DNA of 64,000 bases from an uncultured Ignavibacteriales bacterium (GTDB lineage Bacteria > Zixibacteria > MSB-5A5 > GN15 > FEB-12): assembly GCA_964464605.1 (NCBI GenBank), contig CAYXJN010000004.1, positions 186,001-250,000 of the forward strand, in the 5' to 3' direction. The position numbers and the translations under genes are program-made. The notes under the pieces were generated by a model. That model was not told the DNA's origin and ran no database searches. It worked only from the letters and a program-made list of their open reading frames with translations. This document shows, in pieces, positions 1 through 9,090 of this stretch (position 1 is the first letter of the stretch; each line of letters begins with the position of its first letter).

Positions 1-816
1 GCGAATGGCAAACCGGTTGAGTGCGATCTGATTTTACATGTGCGCATCATACCGAATAACTTCCGGGTTGTGCTGAATGCACCGGTTAATGCCGACCTGT
101 CGATAACAAGACAAACATTGTATTTTCAGAGCATCGAACTTAATGACATTACTCTCCCGCGTCTGGTGTCATTCCCGTCATATTGGTGCAACCTTACCAT
201 GTCTGACAGTACCGACATTCAAAAGTTCATTCTGTTGGAAGTATCGGCAGGGAAAACGGGAGTGATAGAAAACATACAGGTCGTGCGATCCAATTATCCT
301 GCATTCGAATCACAAGTGGTTGCGGCAGCTACCCGGGCAGTAATAACCCCGGCTTTAGTGAAAGGAAAACCGATCGCCGCTCATTTTTTTCTTTGCCTGA
401 CCTTCTATCCCGGGAATAACTACCCGACGTTACCATTTACAGATCAAACCTTCGCCGCATTGCCGCTTCGTGAGCGCATACAGCTGCTCTGTCTTGCAGA
501 TACTATTGGTTTGTTGTCCGGACCTATTCCAAAGTTCAATCCGGCGGAATCAGTTACGGGGGGAGATGAAGTGAAATGGCTGAACAACGATACCGTTGCG
601 GTATACTTGGCTGTTAGCGCTACGGGTAAGGGGGGAGCGCTTCGGCATGATGAAATTTCGCCGAAAATGTCTGACTGGATTAGGAAAACTGCATCATGGA
701 TGAGATTCTATCCGGCGCTGAACTACTCAGGTGAACAGTCGGCATTTGCCGAAACTGTCTATTTCATTTTTTCGGACAGTACAGCGGTACGAATTGTTTA
801 CCCCTGGCTTCAGTAA
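1..816 (+). CDS. Multi-domain TonB C-terminal-like protein, 5'-truncated by the window edge
   Basis: Frame 1 is open from base 1 (ANGKPVECDLILHVRI..), so the gene starts upstream of the window. Three TonB-CTD-like endings are visible: NGKPVECDLILHV, PALVKGKPIAAHFFLCLTF, FYPALNYSGEQSAFAETVYFIF. Confidence 0.6.
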   Translation, partial: ANGKPVECDLILHVRIIPNNFRVVLNAPVNADLSITRQTLYFQSIELNDITLPRLVSFPSYWCNLTMSDSTDIQKFILLEVSAGKTGVIENIQVVRSNYPAFESQVVAAATRAVITPALVKGKPIAAHFFLCLTFYPGNNYPTLPFTDQTFAALPLRERIQLLCLADTIGLLSGPIPKFNPAESVTGGDEVKWLNNDTVAVYLAVSATGKGGALRHDEISPKMSDWIRKTASWMRFYPALNYSGEQSAFAETVYFIFSDSTAVRIVYPWLQ

Positions 817-1410
817 AGCTGTGAGTCAGCAGCCATGCTTAACTATCTATAAATCAATACATTACATCACGTCTTCATAGTCATTCTTTTTCGTGTCGCA
901 TAAAGTGCGTTAGGATTCTGTCTGTACTATGAGGCTGCTTTTCGGGCAGTCTCGTATCTCCTTGTGGTTCAATAACAAATGAATTAACACCAGGCAGGGG
1001 AGTTTTGGCATGCGGTATGTCCCTACATTAACCCAGAAGTAGCCATGATCGGCTCAAGAGGGCCGACGAAGGACGGGAAGAAAGATGCAGTACCAACGGT
1101 ATAACAAAGTAGAGCATCGGTTACGGCGCAGTGCCCGCGTGTTAGATAAGCTGGCCGTGTCGTTGCTGCTCGGCACCGGTTGGTATGTGTGGTTTGTGTT
1201 TGACTCACTCATAACCAATGCAACCGGGCTCGTGGTACTTATTGGTTGCAGTCTTTGTTTTGCCGGAACCTGTTTCGGAAAAGGAGTGAACATTCAGTTA
1301 TGGCTACGCATGTACACAGAGAGAACGACAGCCCTTCGGGCAATTTATCGCTTGACTTCACCGGGACGCCGGAACTTACTTTAGTTTTTACTAATTTTGG
1401 AACATCGTAC

Positions 1411-3309
1411 ATGAAAGAAGTTGTCAAAAGCGGTGACATCAAGGCACAGATTTGTGTCTTTTTACTGATATTTACTTCGTTTTTCATTGTCTGGAGTTCA
1501 TCTGCTCAAGCCGATGAACTAAAACCGGAAATTCAATCATTGCTCACCGGCGGTGATACGGCCAGAGCAATCCAGATGCTTAATAATGACATTTCAGTCG
1601 ACAAGTCCTATTACCTCAATTATTACACCCTCGGCCGGATTTATTATCAGCGTGAAGAATACACCAAAGCAAAAGAACAGTTCGCTCAGGCGGTGGCGCA
1701 TAAAGGAAAAGACTGGTCATCGCAGTATTACCTCGGTTTGTCTTATTTAAAACTGAATCAGCTCGATAGCGCCGCGGCGGTCATGGATGAAGGCCGTAAA
1801 AAAGCCAAAGGGGACAGCCACATTTTTGAAAACGGCTATGGCTTAGTTATGATGGCGAAAAAAGATTACGGCGAAGCCGACCGTGCGTTTCGTAAGGCGC
1901 TGTTAACCGAGCCGAAGAATATCGAATATCGTCTTAATTTAGGTGACGCGAATTTCTATCAGGGGGTTCCGTCATTGGCTATTGCCGAGTATGAACAGGC
2001 GCTCAAAGATAATGAAGGCTCACTGGAAGTCTATTATCACTGGGCTGAAGCCTGTATCGAAATGAAAGACTACAACTGTGCCCTTGAAAAACTTGGGCTC
2101 GTGTTAGCCAAAGACTCTACTCATGCCTCAGCTTGGCTTCGCGCCGGCAGCATTTATTTTAAAGCTGCCATGTCATCCCGTTCACGTGAAGAACGGCTCG
2201 GCCGTTTCAAAGGCACTATTGATGCGTATGAACATGCAATCATGCTCAATGGGGGGAAAGCAGATTCAGCTAATGTCCGGGCATTCTATGAAATCGGTTT
2301 GGCGTATGTGCAAATTTTTGAATTCGACAGTGCCCGTACCCACTTCGAACGCGTCTTGGCAATTCCGTATGAACCGCGGGATATTTACTTCAACTACGGC
2401 AAAGCGCTCTGGGGCTTGAAAGATTTTGAAAAGAGTGCAGAGATGCTTAACAAGCATGTCGAGATCATGAAGCAACCGGATGCGCCGGAAACCAGAGCCT
2501 CCGAAGCGGAGTTATACCAGTTATTAGGGGATGGACTTTTTTACCGTAAGCCTGCCGATTTTGTCGGAGCGGTTGATGCCTATAAGAAGTCGCTGGAAAA
2601 AGATTCGACGCAGAAACGCGCACTCTATAATATCGCTATCGCGTACCAGAGCTTAAAGAGCTATAATCAAGCGCTCGATTATTATGAAAAACGGATCGCC
2701 ATGGGTGTCGATTCGTCAACCTGTACCATCTACAAGAACGCAGCCTACACAGCACTTAACCTTGCTACCGATCAATCGGGTGGGGAAGAGGCTGGCGGGC
2801 TTGATGAAGAAACGGGAGATGCTGCTTCTGTTCAGCCGCGAGATTACATAACGCTGACAGGAGAGTATTTTGATAAATATCTTGCATGCGTACCGAATGA
2901 CACGGTAGCCATAAAAACAGCAGCTAACATATTTCTCTACCAGTTGAAAAATTGCGATAAAGGAGTGAAGTATTTCACTGACCTGCTTGCCATTATGCCG
3001 AACAACTGTGAAGCCCAAAAAGGACTTGGCTTCGCCTATTTCGGCGGCCTTTGCTCCAAAAACTATTCCAAAGCAATCACTTATCTTACCGGAGCCTACG
3101 GTTGCAGTGCGGAAATGCGCAAAGACGTAGACCTTGCGCTTTGGATTGCCCAAGCCTATCATTTGCTGGCGGCCGACAAATCGGCAGCTAAACAGGACCC
3201 GAAACCGGAATTTAAGAACGCGAATGAATGGTATTCCAAAGTACTGGCGTTACAGCCCTCAAATAGCATCGCGAAAAAAGGGTTTGATGACACTCGTTTT
3301 GAATTTTAG
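1411..3309 (+). CDS. Secreted tetratricopeptide-repeat (TPR) protein
   Basis: Many TPR units (YYTLGRIYYQREEYTKAKEQF, YYLGLSYLKLNQLDSA, LYNIAIAYQSLKSYNQALDYY). ATG 1411 gives a signal peptide ending SSAQA; an in-frame ATG at 1300 is an alternative start. Confidence 0.85.
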   Translation: MKEVVKSGDIKAQICVFLLIFTSFFIVWSSSAQADELKPEIQSLLTGGDTARAIQMLNNDISVDKSYYLNYYTLGRIYYQREEYTKAKEQFAQAVAHKGKDWSSQYYLGLSYLKLNQLDSAAAVMDEGRKKAKGDSHIFENGYGLVMMAKKDYGEADRAFRKALLTEPKNIEYRLNLGDANFYQGVPSLAIAEYEQALKDNEGSLEVYYHWAEACIEMKDYNCALEKLGLVLAKDSTHASAWLRAGSIYFKAAMSSRSREERLGRFKGTIDAYEHAIMLNGGKADSANVRAFYEIGLAYVQIFEFDSARTHFERVLAIPYEPRDIYFNYGKALWGLKDFEKSAEMLNKHVEIMKQPDAPETRASEAELYQLLGDGLFYRKPADFVGAVDAYKKSLEKDSTQKRALYNIAIAYQSLKSYNQALDYYEKRIAMGVDSSTCTIYKNAAYTALNLATDQSGGEEAGGLDEETGDAASVQPRDYITLTGEYFDKYLACVPNDTVAIKTAANIFLYQLKNCDKGVKYFTDLLAIMPNNCEAQKGLGFAYFGGLCSKNYSKAITYLTGAYGCSAEMRKDVDLALWIAQAYHLLAADKSAAKQDPKPEFKNANEWYSKVLALQPSNSIAKKGFDDTRFEF

Positions 3310-3344
3310 TCCCCGTTTATATGATGAGGAGCCGCAACTAATCC

Positions 3345-4151
3345 ATGGCTGAAAAACAGGCTGAAAAACCGACTGGCGGACGGGTTACCGAGCGCCAGCG
3401 ATTCAATTACATCGGATTTGATGTTTTCCCCGGCGACCCGAAAGACCTGTTCGGGACCGATGCGGAAAAAGGGAAACTGGTCGACCAGGTGCGCCGTCGC
3501 CGCGAATCCCACGATACGCTTCGCGCGAACAATTCACTTATTGAGGAGCGAGTCTCCAAACTCGACCGACTGGTTCTAACGGTTGCAGCCATTGCCATGG
3601 TTGTGTCGCTGTTGTTCCCCTTCTACTCTGCATACACAGAGAAGGTAGAGGAAAGTCAGGTTCAGGCATCGACCTCATCAACAACCGGAATCGGAACCGA
3701 AGAGGTTATCACCGGTTATGTTCCCAAAAAGAAGATTACCAAAGAATATAGTTCGGTCACCGGCTTGGGTTCATTCGCGTATATCGGTAGTATTTTTTCT
3801 GCCGGTCCGATTCTGATGCTAACCGGTATCCTGCTGCTTTTGTATACGCTGGTCTGTTTGATCGTACCGGCCTATACCTTGTACGGATTGTACGGACTCA
3901 AAGGAAATCCGGATGATCGGGCGCTCAAGCTGAAAGAGATTTTGCGGTTCGGCTGGCTGCCGCTGCTCACGTTAGTAGTGGTGCTGTTATTCTCATTCTT
4001 AGGCTCAGGCTACGGCTCAAGCGGAGCAAGCGAGTTTACCAGTTTCGGCGCCAGTTATTCTGTCGGTGTCTTCTTCACGACACTGTCGATCGGAATTTTG
4101 ATTTCGATGATCGGCGGAATCGTGATCGCGGTTAAGGGAATTGAAATTTAA
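3345..4151 (+). CDS. Integral membrane protein of unknown function, about 4 TM helices, in the ExbBD/TonB operon
   Basis: SD GAGGAG upstream; four hydrophobic stretches; lies between the TPR gene and exbB with short spacers. Confidence 0.75.
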   Translation: MAEKQAEKPTGGRVTERQRFNYIGFDVFPGDPKDLFGTDAEKGKLVDQVRRRRESHDTLRANNSLIEERVSKLDRLVLTVAAIAMVVSLLFPFYSAYTEKVEESQVQASTSSTTGIGTEEVITGYVPKKKITKEYSSVTGLGSFAYIGSIFSAGPILMLTGILLLLYTLVCLIVPAYTLYGLYGLKGNPDDRALKLKEILRFGWLPLLTLVVVLLFSFLGSGYGSSGASEFTSFGASYSVGVFFTTLSIGILISMIGGIVIAVKGIEI

Positions 4152-4186
4152 CTTGTAACGTATAGGTTTTACGGAGGAACGTATCT

Positions 4187-4945
4187 GTGGTCAAGCAAAC
4201 GGTATTCATCACGATCAATGCGTTGATCGGATTTGTCGTCGGAGCCGGATTATTTTACGGCGTGTTCAGAACTGCCGAAGATCCAATCCTGCACTCAATT
4301 TATAAAGGCGGCCCGCTCGTTATTCTGCTCATCATGATCATGGTCATGTTGTTCATCTTTATCGGTGAGCGTTATTTTTCATTGTACGGCGCAGCCAAAG
4401 GTACCAGCTCGGTACAGGTGTTCTTCAAGAAAGTCGTGACGCTGCTTCAGGCGAACGATTTCGACGGCGCCCTGGCCGCGTGCGACAAACAGCGCGGTAC
4501 CACCGCCAACGTCCTTCGTGCTGGTATTGAACGCTATCGGGAAGTGAAAGACAGCAAAGACTTGACCTCAGAAAAGCGTATTGAATTGACCCAGGCCGCG
4601 ATTGAAGAAGCGAACGCCCTTGAAGGACCGCTCCTTGAGCGCAACCTGATCGCCCTGTCGACCATTGCCTCCATCGCCACCATGGTGGGGCTGTTGGGAA
4701 CCACGATCGGAATGATTCGCGCCTTCGCGGCTACCGGTAACGTCGAAGGCGGCGTTATTGACGCTACCGCATTGGCGACCGGTATTTCCGAAGCGCTGGT
4801 GAACACCGCGGGCGGACTGATTTCCGGTATTCTCGGAATCTTCTTCTACAATTTCTTTGTTAATAAGGTAGATGCATTCAACTATACCACGGATGAAGCA
4901 TCCTTTGAAGTCATGCAGATTTTGAAGGATAAAGAAGGTATCTAA
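4187..4945 (+). CDS. exbB: MotA/TolQ/ExbB proton channel protein
   Basis: LSTIASIATMVGLLGTTIGMIRAF and GISEALVNTAGG motifs; SD GGAGG; GTG start. Confidence 0.92.
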   Translation: MVKQTVFITINALIGFVVGAGLFYGVFRTAEDPILHSIYKGGPLVILLIMIMVMLFIFIGERYFSLYGAAKGTSSVQVFFKKVVTLLQANDFDGALAACDKQRGTTANVLRAGIERYREVKDSKDLTSEKRIELTQAAIEEANALEGPLLERNLIALSTIASIATMVGLLGTTIGMIRAFAATGNVEGGVIDATALATGISEALVNTAGGLISGILGIFFYNFFVNKVDAFNYTTDEASFEVMQILKDKEGI

Positions 4946-4947
4946 GG

Positions 4948-5424
4948 ATGTCTAAAGGAAAGAAAAGACGCGTAAGCATCCGTATCGACATGACGCCCAT
5001 GGTCGATATCGCGTTCTTGCTTTTGATTTTCTACATGGCGACTACGCAGTTTAAACCACCAGAAGCTCGCGCGGTGGAACTGCCGGAATCCCATTCGCAG
5101 ATCGAACTGCCGGAAAAAGATGTTATTTTCATCACCGTGACGCAGTACGATTCGATGTACGTCGATTTCGTCGAGAAGGCGAAAATCGAAATGGAAGGTC
5201 AGGAAGTGACCACTACGGTGCGTCGCGTTCGCTCGGTCGACCGGTTCTCAGCAGCGAGTGTGATTAATGATGTCCGTGCCAAAAACAGCCGCGCATTGGT
5301 CGTGGTGAAAGCGGATAAAGAGGCCTCGTTCGGGGTCATGCAAGGGTTGATGAAGACGATGCAGGAAAACTTTCTGGAGCGCTTCCTCATCATTACCGAA
5401 AAAGAATCTGATCAAGCATCCTGA
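4948..5424 (+). CDS. exbD: ExbD/TolR biopolymer transport protein
   Basis: IDMTPMVDIAFLLLIF with the conserved TM Asp; VVKADKEASFG. Confidence 0.92.
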   Translation: MSKGKKRRVSIRIDMTPMVDIAFLLLIFYMATTQFKPPEARAVELPESHSQIELPEKDVIFITVTQYDSMYVDFVEKAKIEMEGQEVTTTVRRVRSVDRFSAASVINDVRAKNSRALVVVKADKEASFGVMQGLMKTMQENFLERFLIITEKESDQAS

Positions 5425-5473
5425 TGATATTCAGGAATTGCGATACACTGACGGAAGGAGAGTGAGAGAATAG

Positions 5474-6124
5474 ATGGCCGGTGAAGTAGCTGAACGGGCT
5501 GCGAAAGGACCCAAAAAAGGTTTACGACGACCCAAGCGGCGTGTGTCTATTCGTATCGACATGACCCCCATGGTCGATATCGCTTTTCTTTTGCTAATCT
5601 TCTACATGGTCTCGACCGTGTTTGCCAAACCGCAGGCGATGGAAATCAACCTGCCGCCGAAAGACCAGAAGGAAGATATCGAAGTAGCCGAATCGAATTT
5701 GCTCACGATCCGCGTGGATGGTGAGAGCCGGTTTTGGTGGCATTTAAAGACGGCCACGCCGGAAAATCTGCCGAAGTTGCTTCCGAGCGATCCGAACAAA
5801 CCGGATTCGGTTGCCTACAAGCTCAATCATAAAGAGCTGCAAAAGCTGTTGGTTGAAAAAAATCGGGAAAACAACAAGCTGAACACGCTTATTTTGATTA
5901 GTCCGGAAGGAAACTATGCCGACATGGTCGACATTTTGGATGAAATCGATCTTATCGAACGTTCCTGGAATGCCTACACGGCGAAGGAAAAGAACGTGAA
6001 GGTTGAAGATTTAGGCGCAGATAAGTTTTCCTATCGTTATGCTCTGGGTGAATGGGAAGAACGTGATGCCAAAATCATGGAAGCCGCCATTGATGCGGCT
6101 CGTCTGAAAGGAGAGTTACGATGA
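5474..6124 (+). CDS. exbD: Second ExbD/TolR protein
   Basis: IDMTPMVDIAFLLLIF; YADMVDILDEI; SD AAGGAG. Confidence 0.9.
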   Translation: MAGEVAERAAKGPKKGLRRPKRRVSIRIDMTPMVDIAFLLLIFYMVSTVFAKPQAMEINLPPKDQKEDIEVAESNLLTIRVDGESRFWWHLKTATPENLPKLLPSDPNKPDSVAYKLNHKELQKLLVEKNRENNKLNTLILISPEGNYADMVDILDEIDLIERSWNAYTAKEKNVKVEDLGADKFSYRYALGEWEERDAKIMEAAIDAARLKGELR

Positions 6125-6840
6125 GCACACGCAGCGTGCTGTATTCTCCATACGGCGCTTATGAACTCAAAGCAAGCTATCAGAAGAATTTCTTCCGCTC
6201 GACGATGATCGTAACCGGTGCGATCGTGCTGGGTATTATTATCGCGTATGTCGCGCAGGCAATTTCCGGTTCGGGGGATGAAAATATCCCTGTGCGGACC
6301 ATCAAAACGATCGCCGAACTTGGCCCGCCGCCGTCGGTGGCTAAACGCCCGCCGCAGGTACAGGTGCAGCAGCCGGATGTGAAACTGCCGAAGGTCGGTA
6401 TTCCGAAACCGGTTGCGGATGAAGAAGTAATGGACGAGGATGTCGTTTTGGCAACCCGCGATGAAATGGCGAATATCAGCGCTCCGGACATTATGGCCGG
6501 CGACGGGGATGTCGTTGTCGATATCGAAGAGGATTATATCCCGGCTCCGGACGAATTCGTCGCCGTGGAAGTCGAGCCGGAAATGATTTTCTCTCCGCCG
6601 CTTGAATACCCCAAGATGGCCAAAACTGCCGGTCTTGAAGGTGTCGTGTTTGTGCAGGCCCTGGTGAATGAAAAAGGGGAAGTGCAGGATGTTCGCGTAG
6701 CGAAATCATCGGGCGTGACCTCGCTTGATGAAGCTGCCCTTACCCAGGCGCGCGGCTGCAAATACAAACCGGCAATTCAGAACGGCCGCCCGATCAAGCT
6801 GTGGGTGAGCTATAAGGTTAACTTCTCACTCGACGGTTGA
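6121..6840 (+). CDS. tonB: Energy transducer TonB
   Basis: N-terminal YGAYELK motif plus TM helix, Pro-rich linker, CTD YPKMAKTAGLEGVV..PAIQNGRPI; ATGA overlap with exbD. Confidence 0.9.
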   Translation: MSTRSVLYSPYGAYELKASYQKNFFRSTMIVTGAIVLGIIIAYVAQAISGSGDENIPVRTIKTIAELGPPPSVAKRPPQVQVQQPDVKLPKVGIPKPVADEEVMDEDVVLATRDEMANISAPDIMAGDGDVVVDIEEDYIPAPDEFVAVEVEPEMIFSPPLEYPKMAKTAGLEGVVFVQALVNEKGEVQDVRVAKSSGVTSLDEAALTQARGCKYKPAIQNGRPIKLWVSYKVNFSLDG

Positions 6841-6861
6841 TTTGTTTAGAGGGAGGGGATA

Positions 6862-7341
6862 GTGATAAGACAACGTACAACGCCGCGGCTGGTACTCAGC
6901 GCGGCGTTTTTGTTTTGCCTGCTTTCCCTGCTCGGCTGTCCTCCGCAATCGGATAGCGTGGTAACCTCCGAAAGCGGAATACAGTCATCGGCGGGCAGCA
7001 TATCCGGTGTTTTTCAAGATTGCGGATGGGCAGATGATATTCCTGATTCGACTAAAGTAATTCCGGTCGATGCCATGCCGGAGATGATTTATTCACCGCC
7101 GCTTCAGTATCCCAAAATGGCCAAGACTGCCGGGTTACAGGGAGTGGTGCGAGTTATGGCATTGATTTGCGAAAGCGGTCAAATCGGACGGCTCTGGGTT
7201 TCTGAATCATCAGGTATAGCTTCGCTTGATGCTGCTGCTTTAGCACAAGCGCGTGAGTGCAGATATAAACCGGCAATGAAAGATGGCCGGCCGATAAAGC
7301 TCTGGGTTACGTATCCTATTGAGTTTCGGCTTGATGATTAG
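6862..7341 (+). CDS. Predicted lipoprotein with one TonB C-terminal domain
   Basis: Lipobox LLG-C; CTD YPKMAKTAGLQGVV..PAMKDGRPI; SD GGGAGG. Confidence 0.8.
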   Translation: MIRQRTTPRLVLSAAFLFCLLSLLGCPPQSDSVVTSESGIQSSAGSISGVFQDCGWADDIPDSTKVIPVDAMPEMIYSPPLQYPKMAKTAGLQGVVRVMALICESGQIGRLWVSESSGIASLDAAALAQARECRYKPAMKDGRPIKLWVTYPIEFRLDD

Positions 7342-7382
7342 GTCGTAAATGTAGTGAATCGTTCTTTTGTGCGGGGAGGTTT

Positions 7383-8219
7383 ATGAAAACTATTACAGAG
7401 GGTGTTCAGGTGGTCATTCGATGTGGCTGCATACTGATTTTCATTGTTATGAGCAGTTTAGTCAGCTGCGTTCCTGTATCTGAGTCTGAACTGGGAGAGA
7501 AACGGCAGGTAGTACCAGCGCCGACTCCGAGAGTTGAACGCCCGGTGCCGACACGGGATTATCCTGAGGATTGCTCTTCCGACGCCGATATTCCACCGGT
7601 CGATTCATTTATAGCCGTTCAATGGGAGCCGGAAATGATTTTTACTCCCCGGCTTGAATATCCGGAATCAGCGAAAGCAAAAAAGCAGGAAGGCAAGGTT
7701 ATGATCCGGTCTTTGGTATGCGAAAGCGGGTTTGTGGGTAAAGCCGAAATTCTACGATCATCGGGATTCCCACTCTTAGATAGTGCTGCAATTCAGCAAG
7801 CGCGTGAGTGTGAATATGAACCGGCAATCAAAGATAGGGAACCGGTAAAGGTCTGGGTCAGTTACGCAGTTGATTTCAAGCTCGATCGGGGCGGTTCATC
7901 GAACGGAGAAGAGGATTACATACCGAATACCGACGAGTTTGTCGCTGTTGAAGTGGAACCGGAACGTACTTATGAAGCTCCATTAGAGCTTCCCAAAGAA
8001 GCTGATACCCTGCGTGTGAATGTCACCGCTTATGTACAGGCGCTGGTAACAGAGAATGGCCGTGTTAGTGACGCACGAATAGGAAAGACATCGGGCTATC
8101 CCATTTTAGATAGCGCTGCCGTTAAACAGGCGTATTTGCATAGATATAATCCAGCAATACAACAAGGAAGGCCGATTAAAATCTGGGTAAGTTATAGAGT
8201 AAATTTCGATTTGAAATGA
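7383..8219 (+). CDS. Predicted lipoprotein with two tandem TonB C-terminal domains
   Basis: Lipobox-like LVS-C; two CTDs (YPESAKAKKQEGKV..PAIKDREPV and ..PAIQQGRPI); SD GGAGGT. Confidence 0.8.
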   Translation: MKTITEGVQVVIRCGCILIFIVMSSLVSCVPVSESELGEKRQVVPAPTPRVERPVPTRDYPEDCSSDADIPPVDSFIAVQWEPEMIFTPRLEYPESAKAKKQEGKVMIRSLVCESGFVGKAEILRSSGFPLLDSAAIQQARECEYEPAIKDREPVKVWVSYAVDFKLDRGGSSNGEEDYIPNTDEFVAVEVEPERTYEAPLELPKEADTLRVNVTAYVQALVTENGRVSDARIGKTSGYPILDSAAVKQAYLHRYNPAIQQGRPIKIWVSYRVNFDLK

Positions 8220-8312
8220 GGGTGTATTAATACGCTTGAGTTAAGCTAAACAGATTCCTTTGCCTGTTCGTCATTATTCATAGCCGCCGCAACATTCGCA
8301 CAGGAGGGATCT

Positions 8313-9041
8313 ATGAATCCGTTGTATTCTCCCTATGGAGCCTACGAAATGAAGGCGGCCTATCAACGCAATGGCCTGAAAGCAAGTCTTTGGGTGGCAG
8401 GAATCGGGTGTTTGTTAGGGTTGACGCTTACACTCTATGATCGACTTCCAGAAGAGCAAATAGTTATTATCCCACCCACTCCGCCTATCATCATTAGCAG
8501 TGAACTGTTCTCGAAAGCTCCAAAAATAAAATCTGAACAACCGCGTCCGAAAGCGGCTGTTAGCGCACCGGTGGAGGAAGGGATACCGACACCGGTGCCT
8601 GATGAAACTATGCAGACAGAAGAACTGCAGAGCTTGCCTGAATCCGAATTATCCGGTACTTCCGACTCTTTGTTTGGTGGCGGGACTGGAACCGAAGATG
8701 GCATCGGCGGAGTTGGCGGTGATTTACCGGGAGAATACATCGCACCGCCTCCTGACAGCTTTGTGCCGGTTGAAAAAGAAGCGGTGGCAATATATGAGTG
8801 CAAGCCGGACTACCCACGTTTTGCTCGTCAGGCAGGATTGGAAGGAGTGGTTTACCTGTTTGTTTTGGTAGCGGCAAACGGCGGCGTCAAAGAGGTAAGA
8901 ATTAATAAAGCATCTGGTGTTACGGTGCTCGATGAAGCCGCCAAACAATGCGCGTATAACAACATGTATAGCCCGGCGATACAAAATGGAATCGCAATCG
9001 ACTATTGGATGGGATACAAAGTAATCTTTGAATTGGAATAG
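8313..9041 (+). CDS. tonB: Second membrane-anchored TonB
   Basis: LYSPYGAYEMKAAYQ N-terminus shared with 6121, TM helix, Pro/Gly-rich linker, YPRFARQAGLEGVV CTD; SD AGGAGG. Confidence 0.85.
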   Translation: MNPLYSPYGAYEMKAAYQRNGLKASLWVAGIGCLLGLTLTLYDRLPEEQIVIIPPTPPIIISSELFSKAPKIKSEQPRPKAAVSAPVEEGIPTPVPDETMQTEELQSLPESELSGTSDSLFGGGTGTEDGIGGVGGDLPGEYIAPPPDSFVPVEKEAVAIYECKPDYPRFARQAGLEGVVYLFVLVAANGGVKEVRINKASGVTVLDEAAKQCAYNNMYSPAIQNGIAIDYWMGYKVIFELE

Positions 9042-9067
9042 AAAAAAAGGCCGGTCACCCCGGCCTT
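9042..9067 (-). terminator. Intrinsic terminator between convergent genes
   Basis: AAGGCCGG-tcacc-CCGGCCTT stem preceded by an A tract (U tract on the minus strand). Confidence 0.7.
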
Positions 9068-9090
9068 CATCGTGGATAATCTTTACTACG

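Noticed and set aside
817..1410. Cobalamin or other riboswitch upstream of the TonB locus
   Set aside because: I could not find B12-box or other riboswitch consensus elements in the right order.
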